Assembly (NCBI GenBank): GCA_030429765.1
Contig: JAUIER010000016.1
Span: 38,017-102,016 of the forward strand
Length of the DNA stretch: 64,000 nt
Direction of reading: 5' to 3'
DNA from: a bacterium
Lineage (GTDB): Bacteria; Omnitrophota; Gorgyraeia; Zapsychrales; Zapsychraceae
The notes under the pieces were generated by a model. The model was not told where the DNA came from. It saw nothing but the letters and a program-made list of their open reading frames with translations, and did not search any database. Shown piece by piece: positions 57,511 through 64,000 of the stretch (its first letter is position 1; every line of letters begins with the position of its first letter). Both the position numbers and the translations under genes were made by a program.

Positions 57511-58266
57511 ATGAAAATTTTACTGACAAATGACGATGGCATTTATGCCCCGGGCATTCATGCCGTCTATCTTGAGCTCAAGAAATTGGGTGAGGTGATT
57601 GTTGTGGCCCCGGACTCTGAGCGGAGTTCTGTCGGACACGGGATCACACTGGCGCATCCCATCCGGCAAAAACCGGTCAATCGCAAGGGCGAGTACTTCG
57701 GCATCGGCGTTAGCGGGATGCCGGCGGACTGCGTGAAGTTTGCCGTTGATGTAATCTTTAAAGGTGAGAAGCCGGATATGCTCGTGTCGGGTATTAATCT
57801 CGGGCCGAATGAGGGGTGCAGTGTCTTTTATTCGGGCACGGTGGCCGGCGCGCGTGAGGGGGCACTCATGGGAATCCCGTCGATTGCCATTTCACTCGAT
57901 ACATTCACGGATCCTGATTTTAGCTTTGCCGCCCGGTGCGGTCGGCGGGTCGCCGAGTTTTTAACCAAACACCCCGTCCCGACGAGCACGTTTCTAAATG
58001 TCAATGTTCCGCATTGCCCTGAATCAGAAATCCAGGGCATTCGATTCACCAAGCAATGCCTTGAACCGATCCATGGAACATTTGTGCAATGCAAGGACCC
58101 CAATGCCAAGGACTATTACTGGCTGACCGGTAAATTGCCGGTGGCCAATGACGACAACACTATCGATACCTACGCCATGCATAACCGTTATGTGACCATC
58201 ACACCGACGCATTGTGACTCGACCGACTACGACGTTTACAAGACCTTTGAAACATTCGAATTTTAA
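57511..58266 (+). CDS. surE: 5'/3'-nucleotidase SurE
   Basis: MKILLTNDDGIYAPGI is the SurE N-terminal signature. Confidence 0.9.
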   Translation: MKILLTNDDGIYAPGIHAVYLELKKLGEVIVVAPDSERSSVGHGITLAHPIRQKPVNRKGEYFGIGVSGMPADCVKFAVDVIFKGEKPDMLVSGINLGPNEGCSVFYSGTVAGAREGALMGIPSIAISLDTFTDPDFSFAARCGRRVAEFLTKHPVPTSTFLNVNVPHCPESEIQGIRFTKQCLEPIHGTFVQCKDPNAKDYYWLTGKLPVANDDNTIDTYAMHNRYVTITPTHCDSTDYDVYKTFETFEF

Positions 58267-58299
58267 CGCTCTATCAGGTTCTGCACCTAAAGACGACAG

Positions 58300-60429
58300 A
58301 TGAAGACTAGGGTACGCAAATCACGTTACGGCGGTCCGTTCTACCGGAAAACCTGTACAGAAATCCTTACATTCACATTGGGACTATCTGTGCTGTCCAC
58401 TCCGGCGTTTGGACAGGACCGCGGGACATCGGCGGATCAGAAAGACCTGATCATCCGTAATCTCCGACGACAAATTTACGACCTTCAATCACAGCTCCCG
58501 ACGGATTCACGGATTCAGCAGTTGCGCGAGACCATTCGCAGGCTCCGCAGTCAGCTAAGTCTGCAGCGTTCCGAACTCATTGATCAGCACGCGGCCGAAA
58601 CGGCAGAGCTCACAGCCCAAATTCAGACGCTTCAATCCACGATCGAGGAGCTTGAAACCAACCGGCAGTCCGGTATTGACGATGCCACCCGGGAACTTAA
58701 GACGAAACTCAAAGAGGTTCAAGCCAAGAATACGGAATTGACGGAGAACCTGATCAAGTCCAACGAACTGGTGGCGAAGGTCGTGGCTGAACGGACAGAT
58801 GTCCAGGAAAAGTGGCAGAAGCTCGAAGAAGAGCATCGTCTGGTTCAGGATCGTTTGACGGATGTTACCGTCAAGTATGAACAACTTGAAGCGGCCCAGG
58901 TGGATAAGATGAAATCGGCCACGGAGAATCTGGAAAAAGATGTCAAGCAGCTGCAGGCGGCGCTGACTGAACTCAAGTCAAAGAATCAAACCGCCGAAGA
59001 GCAATGGCAGCAGGAACGTGACGGGTTGATCAATGCGGCCAAATCGGCCGCCGACGCTCATCAGCAGACCGTCAAGACAATCACCGACGAGCGGGACAAG
59101 TTCAAGTCGGAATTAAAAGATCAGGCCGACAAGCTTGATGTTTATAAGCGGTTGATCGATAAGCAAGATGAAGAACTGGCTGAGCTCAAGCGCAACAGAC
59201 AGGATGAGCAGGCCATCGCGGCGCGGCTTGAGTCCGAGTCGGAGCGGAAGCTCAACGAACGGCTGGCCCAGCTCGAAAGCGAATGGGCTGACAAATCGCG
59301 TCAATTTGAGGCCGAGCATCAACAAAAATTGGCAGCTCTGAAGGCGCAGCAAACGGAACAAGCCTCTGCCGTGCAGACGGTAGAATCCGAATGGCAGGCC
59401 AAGCTCGAGGAGCTCAATCGCCGGCATGCGGACGATAAAAAAGAATGGGAGCAACAGGTCGCCGCATTGAAGCAGTCGAATGATCAAAATCGTTTGGATT
59501 GGGAAAAACAGTTTGCCAAACTCACATCCGAACATCAAACCGCGCTTGGCCAATGGGAGCAAAAAGTCAAACAGCTCGAGAGCGAAAAAGCTGCCCGGTC
59601 CGATGAAACCCGGTCGCAGGCGGGTCAGCTGGCACAGATAACGGAAAAGTATGAGGAACTTCAGAGCCGGCGGGATATCCTGCTCAAGGAGAATGCGGCC
59701 CAGGAACAGAAGATTGCCGAGCTGTCGGTGCAGCTGGAGCAGGTGGGTGATGTTAAGGCCTTAAAAAAAGAGAATGCGTCCCAGAAGCAAACCATCGCCG
59801 ATCTGTCGGACCAGTTGGACCGGATCGGTGATGTGCAGGCGTTAAAAGATGAACTGAAAACCGCGAATCAGGTGATCGACCGATTTGATCTCGATGTCGC
59901 GGACAAGACTGAACGCATCGTTACGCTGACCACGGAAAACCGGGACCTTAGGGAAAAGCTCAAGGAAGTGCGGGCGCAATCCGATCGGCTCAAGTCAACG
60001 GCGGAAAAACTGGAAGCGCAGGCGTCTGAGCGGGTGGACAAGGAGCAGCTGGACGTGCTCAAAACGGCTCTGTCCAAGGCCAAGCAGGAAACCGCCCAGC
60101 GCGATGTGCGGATCAAGGAACTCGAAGAGCAGCAGACATCGCTTCAGCGTGAAGTTTCGGCCTTGAGTCAACAGCTGGATGAGAAAATCCAAAAGATTGG
60201 CGAGATGGATCTGGCGTTGCTGAATAACAACAAGGTCTACTCCGAGGAAGAATTAAGTCAGATGCGCGAGCCGCTGGTCGGCGAGATCGCGGCTTTAAAA
60301 AAACGAATTTCTGAACTCGAAATGCAGCTGCTTGAGACGTGGGACACGGCGGAGAATATGCTGATGGAATTGAAAAACCATCCGAGCATTCAGCAAAACC
60401 TGGATCCCTCGGTCAAGACGGAAAACTAA
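58300..60429 (+). CDS. Exported giant coiled-coil protein
   Basis: A basic N-terminus is followed by a hydrophobic segment, ILTFTLGLSVLSTPAFGQ. Over 600 aa are heptad-rich E, K, Q, L and R. Confidence 0.55.
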   Translation: MKTRVRKSRYGGPFYRKTCTEILTFTLGLSVLSTPAFGQDRGTSADQKDLIIRNLRRQIYDLQSQLPTDSRIQQLRETIRRLRSQLSLQRSELIDQHAAETAELTAQIQTLQSTIEELETNRQSGIDDATRELKTKLKEVQAKNTELTENLIKSNELVAKVVAERTDVQEKWQKLEEEHRLVQDRLTDVTVKYEQLEAAQVDKMKSATENLEKDVKQLQAALTELKSKNQTAEEQWQQERDGLINAAKSAADAHQQTVKTITDERDKFKSELKDQADKLDVYKRLIDKQDEELAELKRNRQDEQAIAARLESESERKLNERLAQLESEWADKSRQFEAEHQQKLAALKAQQTEQASAVQTVESEWQAKLEELNRRHADDKKEWEQQVAALKQSNDQNRLDWEKQFAKLTSEHQTALGQWEQKVKQLESEKAARSDETRSQAGQLAQITEKYEELQSRRDILLKENAAQEQKIAELSVQLEQVGDVKALKKENASQKQTIADLSDQLDRIGDVQALKDELKTANQVIDRFDLDVADKTERIVTLTTENRDLREKLKEVRAQSDRLKSTAEKLEAQASERVDKEQLDVLKTALSKAKQETAQRDVRIKELEEQQTSLQREVSALSQQLDEKIQKIGEMDLALLNNNKVYSEEELSQMREPLVGEIAALKKRISELEMQLLETWDTAENMLMELKNHPSIQQNLDPSVKTEN

Positions 60430-60532
60430 CAAAAAAATCGAACGCCGTTAAATTGTAAAGCTTGAAATACGGTATGTTCCATAATATAATAGCCGTTCGT
60501 TGAGAAACGAACCACCCAATGATGACCAATAG

Positions 60533-61834
60533 ATGGAGGAATGCATGGAGGAAAAGGCAAAAATTGTTCTGGACGGAAAAACGTATGAATTTCCTGTAGA
60601 GACCGGAACAGAAAACGAAAAAGCCATCGATATCTCCAAGTTCAGGGCGCAGACATCGTATGTGATGCTGGACAATGGATTTGGAAACACGGGAGCCTGC
60701 AAAAGCGCGATCACGTTTCTCGACGGGGAAAAAGGAATTTTGCGTTATCGAGGCATTCCGATCGAGCAGATCGCCGAGAAATCGACATTTGTTGAGACCG
60801 CCTACCTTTTAATCAATGGTCAGTTGCCGACGGATGCGCAGCTCGCTTCTTTTGCCTCTTCGTTTACGGAGCACGCGGCGTTGTTGCCGGATATGCTCAA
60901 TTTTTTCAAGGCCTATCCCAAAGATGGTCATCCGATGGGATTGTTGTCATCAATGGTGTGTTCGCTGTCGGGGTATCATCCCGAACTACTAAAACCGGAC
61001 TTAAGCGAAGAAGAGATTCAGTTGATGGCGGCTAAGCTGTTATCCAAAGTCCGCACCATTACCGCTTACACCTACAAAAAATCTATCGGCGAAGATTTTG
61101 TCCCGCCCCGCGATGATCTCAAATACATTTCGAATTTTCTACATATGATGTTCTCGACCAAGGACAAGGAATATGACCGTCACGACGCCGTGGTCAACGC
61201 GCTGGAGGCTTTGCTGATCCTGCATGCGGATCACGAACAGAATTGCAGTACATCGACCGTGCGCTTAATCGGTAGTTCCTGGGCGAACCTGTTCGCGTCG
61301 GTGTCCGGCGGTGTCAGTGCTTTGTGGGGGCCGCTGCATGGCGGGGCCAATCAAAAGGTCGTCGAGATGCTCGAAGAGATCCAGGCGGCCGGCGGAGATA
61401 TCCATAAATTTATCGAGAAGGCCAAAGATCCGGATGATAATTACCGCCTGATGGGATTTGGCCATCGCGTATACAAGAATTTCGACCCGCGGGCGACCAT
61501 CATCAAGAAACGTTGCCATGACCTGTTTGAAACCCTGGGCATCCAGGATCCGTTACTCGACATCGCTGTAAAGCTTGAAGCAGCGGTGCTAAAGGACGAT
61601 TATTTCAGCGAACGCAGACTCTATCCGAATGTTGACTTCTACAGCGGCCTTATCTACAAGGCGATTGGTATTCCTACAAAAATGTTTCCAGTTTTATTTG
61701 CGATCGGGCGTATGCCCGGCTGGATCGCGCACTGGAAAGAAATGAAAGCGGATCCTCGATCCAGAATCGGCCGGCCGCGGCAAATCTATGTTGGTTTAAA
61801 CGAACGCGATTACGTTCCCCGGGATCAACGATAA
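60533..61834 (+). CDS. gltA: Citrate synthase
   Basis: GFGHRVYK and ...HADHEQNCSTSTVRL... are citrate synthase signatures. Confidence 0.9.
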   Translation: MEECMEEKAKIVLDGKTYEFPVETGTENEKAIDISKFRAQTSYVMLDNGFGNTGACKSAITFLDGEKGILRYRGIPIEQIAEKSTFVETAYLLINGQLPTDAQLASFASSFTEHAALLPDMLNFFKAYPKDGHPMGLLSSMVCSLSGYHPELLKPDLSEEEIQLMAAKLLSKVRTITAYTYKKSIGEDFVPPRDDLKYISNFLHMMFSTKDKEYDRHDAVVNALEALLILHADHEQNCSTSTVRLIGSSWANLFASVSGGVSALWGPLHGGANQKVVEMLEEIQAAGGDIHKFIEKAKDPDDNYRLMGFGHRVYKNFDPRATIIKKRCHDLFETLGIQDPLLDIAVKLEAAVLKDDYFSERRLYPNVDFYSGLIYKAIGIPTKMFPVLFAIGRMPGWIAHWKEMKADPRSRIGRPRQIYVGLNERDYVPRDQR

Positions 61835-61890
61835 ATTTTTTTTCATCCAACAATTCATAAGAAGGTTCCACTTTCAGAAAGGGGTACTTT

Positions 61891-63348
61891 GTGATCAAGT
61901 TTAGCTCCAAGCCGAATTTTGACAAAGACGGTACTGTACTATTACTCGAAAAATCTCAAGTCAGTCAAAATCGTTTTCCCGGAGGTCTGCCGGATGAGGT
62001 GCGCGATGCCATCAAGCACGTCGCCGACGCAGGTCAATTTACCGGTGAGAAATGTCAGATGTTTCCGTTGCTGCATGACGGGCGTACCCTGGTCCTGTTG
62101 GGTCTTGGAGAGTTTCGGGACCTGTCGATGACGAAGCTGCGTATCTGTGTCAAAACGGTCATGCAATCCGGTTTTCTGCGGAAGATCAACGCCATCGAGG
62201 TCGTTCCCAGTCGTGACAGCGAAGAGGTGACCCGGGCCATCGTTGAAGGGATCTGCCTGGGGACATATCGTTGGGACAAGTACATCGCGAGCGCCCAATC
62301 AGAAACCAAGGCGCTCGACAAAGATATTACGATCTGCGCCAACAAACGTAAAGCCAACGATAATATCGTCAAGGTTTGCGGCGCCGTCAATTTTGCCCGC
62401 GATCTGGTCAATGAGAACGCGGATGTGACCACCTCTGACTATTTAGAGAAGGCGATCAAGAAATTGATCAAAGGCCATAAGCATGTCAGCATGCAGGTGC
62501 TCAACAAAAAAGAACTCAAGGCCAAAGGGCTGCATCTGCATTTGGCGGTCAACCAGGGAAGCCGGCGAGAACCCAAGCTGGTGATCGTGAAATACAACGG
62601 CGGATCCAAGAAGGCCAAGTATACGGCCTTGGTCGGCAAGGGATTGACGTATGACACCGGCGGTCTCAATCTCAAGCCCACGGGCCATATCGAAAGCATG
62701 AAGCTGGACATGGGCGGGGCAGCCTGTGTGATCGGGACGCTTAAAAGCGCGATCGATTTAAATCTCAAACGTAATGTCCTGTTTGTCTGTGGTATTGCCG
62801 AGAATGTTACCGGGGCGGCATCATACAAACCAGGTGAAGTGTTGAACAGTTATTCCGGAAAGACGGTTGAAGTGGCCAATACCGATGCCGAAGGCCGTTT
62901 GGTGCTGGCCGATGCCATTTCCTATGTCGTCAGGAACTATAAGCCGGGTAAGATCATCGATGTCGCGACGCTGACCGGAGCCTGCATTGTGGCCTTGGGA
63001 TTCGATTACTGCGGTCTGGTGTCGACCGATGACAGTTTGGCCGGAAAATTGATCCAATCGTCCAAGGCGACGGATGACCGTGCGTGGCGGTTGCCGATGT
63101 ATCCGGAGTTGAGCGAGTCGGTGAAGTCACAGATTGCTGATATCCGCAACCTGGGATCTCCTAAAGGGGCCGGCGGCGCAATCACGGCCGCGGAGTTTTT
63201 ACGACAGTTTACCGAAGACACCACCTGGGCGCATCTGGATATCGCCGGAACATCTTATGTGGAAAACGGTAAACGACAGTACTTCGGTCATGGCGCGACC
63301 GGGGCCGGTGTAAGGCTCTTAACGCACTATCTACAACACAATTCATAA
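61891..63348 (+). CDS. pepA: Leucyl aminopeptidase (M17)
   Basis: NTDAEGRLVLADA is the M17 signature. VGKGLTYDTGG is also present. The start codon is GTG. Confidence 0.85.
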   Translation: MIKFSSKPNFDKDGTVLLLEKSQVSQNRFPGGLPDEVRDAIKHVADAGQFTGEKCQMFPLLHDGRTLVLLGLGEFRDLSMTKLRICVKTVMQSGFLRKINAIEVVPSRDSEEVTRAIVEGICLGTYRWDKYIASAQSETKALDKDITICANKRKANDNIVKVCGAVNFARDLVNENADVTTSDYLEKAIKKLIKGHKHVSMQVLNKKELKAKGLHLHLAVNQGSRREPKLVIVKYNGGSKKAKYTALVGKGLTYDTGGLNLKPTGHIESMKLDMGGAACVIGTLKSAIDLNLKRNVLFVCGIAENVTGAASYKPGEVLNSYSGKTVEVANTDAEGRLVLADAISYVVRNYKPGKIIDVATLTGACIVALGFDYCGLVSTDDSLAGKLIQSSKATDDRAWRLPMYPELSESVKSQIADIRNLGSPKGAGGAITAAEFLRQFTEDTTWAHLDIAGTSYVENGKRQYFGHGATGAGVRLLTHYLQHNS

Positions 63349-64000
63349 TGAAAAAAGCAATGATAAAAAAGTGGAGACTTGTGATCAGCCTGTTGATGGT
63401 GTTGGCCGGCGGTTTGCTGCTAAACATGCCGGCTTTGGAGTCTTCCAGTTCTAATCAGGTGTACGTGATCCAGCTGGAGGATGATAGTATCAATCCGGTC
63501 ACGTCGGAATACATCACCGAAGCCATTGATCAGGCCGAAGACGCCAATGCGCGGCTGCTCGTGATTCAGCTGGATACGCCGGGAGGACTATTGAGTTCGA
63601 CCCGGAGCATCGTCAAACGAATGTTGACCTCAAGGGTACCGATTGCCGTTTACATCGCCCCGGGCGGATCTCGGGCCGGATCGGCCGGTGTCTTTATCAC
63701 CTACGCCAGCCATATCGCCGCCATGGCTCCCTCGACAAACATTGGCGCGGCGCATCCGATCAAGATCGGCGAGGGGTCCAAACCCAAACAAACCGGCGAT
63801 TGGCAAGAACTTAAAGAGCTTCTTCAGGATATCCGTGATGCACAGACTCAAGAGAAGGATGCCGTTGAGGAAAACAACGAACAGCCGTCCATCGATAATG
63901 ATTCCGCTGATAAGCCAGAGGTGACAGACGATACAGTAAATGACGAAGTCGCCGATGAAGCGGATGTGGTGCCGTCGGACGACGAATCGTCGACAACGGC
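63348..64000 (+). CDS. NfeD-family membrane-bound ClpP-class serine protease, 3'-partial (runs off the window)
   Basis: ATG 63348 overlaps the pepA stop (TAATG). The sequence is an N-terminal TM followed by VYVIQLEDDSINPVTSEYI...LVIQLDTPGGLL...YIAPGGSRAGSAGVFI. There is no stop before the window end. Confidence 0.7.
   Translation, partial: MKKAMIKKWRLVISLLMVLAGGLLLNMPALESSSSNQVYVIQLEDDSINPVTSEYITEAIDQAEDANARLLVIQLDTPGGLLSSTRSIVKRMLTSRVPIAVYIAPGGSRAGSAGVFITYASHIAAMAPSTNIGAAHPIKIGEGSKPKQTGDWQELKELLQDIRDAQTQEKDAVEENNEQPSIDNDSADKPEVTDDTVNDEVADEADVVPSDDESSTT

Noticed and set aside
1-64000. Mobile elements, prophage, CRISPR arrays, tRNA or rRNA genes
   Set aside because: I found no transposase, integrase or recombinase motifs. 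I saw no repeat-spacer periodicity and no cloverleaf-like T-loop (GTTCGAATC-type) sequences in intergenic regions.

Overview
This is a 64 kb chromosomal segment from a Gram-negative (diderm) bacterium. Evidence for a diderm includes a PEP-CTERM protein, TonB/ExbBD, a TonB-dependent receptor, an outer-membrane beta-barrel, lipoproteins and a PilT ATPase. Genes are almost entirely on the + strand and tightly packed. I found no transposase, integrase, CRISPR array, tRNA or rRNA.

The most unusual region is the first ~13 kb. It opens with a gene that runs off the 5' edge and encodes a protein of more than 2163 aa. That protein fuses two tandem glycogen/starch-synthase (GT5) modules, each preceded by a starch-binding-like beta-sandwich, to an embedded P-loop domain and a complete 4-alpha-glucanotransferase (GH77, amylomaltase). 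It ends in a ~70 aa C-terminal module. The next gene is a 1093 aa alpha-glucan-phosphorylase (GT35) homologue with an N-terminal signal or anchor and a ~430 aa unknown N-domain. It appears to lack the pyridoxal-phosphate lysine. It carries the same C-terminal module as the first gene, and the module's core is encoded by an identical 23-nt stretch in both genes. Two small exported proteins and a clan GH-A glycosidase lipoprotein follow.

The rest of the window is mostly housekeeping or accessory genes:
- an RlmI-type rRNA methyltransferase
- a PEP-CTERM protein with deviant codon usage
- HPF, exonuclease III, CspA, MutY, NadK, SurE, citrate synthase, PepA and NfeD
- a PilT ATPase with a fused C-terminal receiver domain
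- a sensor-less hybrid histidine kinase
- a SET-domain protein with NLS-like lysine tails, and a Sir2 deacetylase next to a lysine-rich exported protein
- two giant exported coiled-coil proteins
- amtB-glnK, and crcB-arsC behind a consensus sigma70 promoter with no fluoride riboswitch
- an Rrf2-regulated sulfate assimilation operon (PiT-family permease, cysK, cysH of the APS-reductase type, cysD, cysN fused to a degenerate cysC)
- an unannotated Mu Com-like zinc-finger mini-gene
- a TonB-dependent receptor, exbB-exbD-tonB and a ferric ABC transporter.
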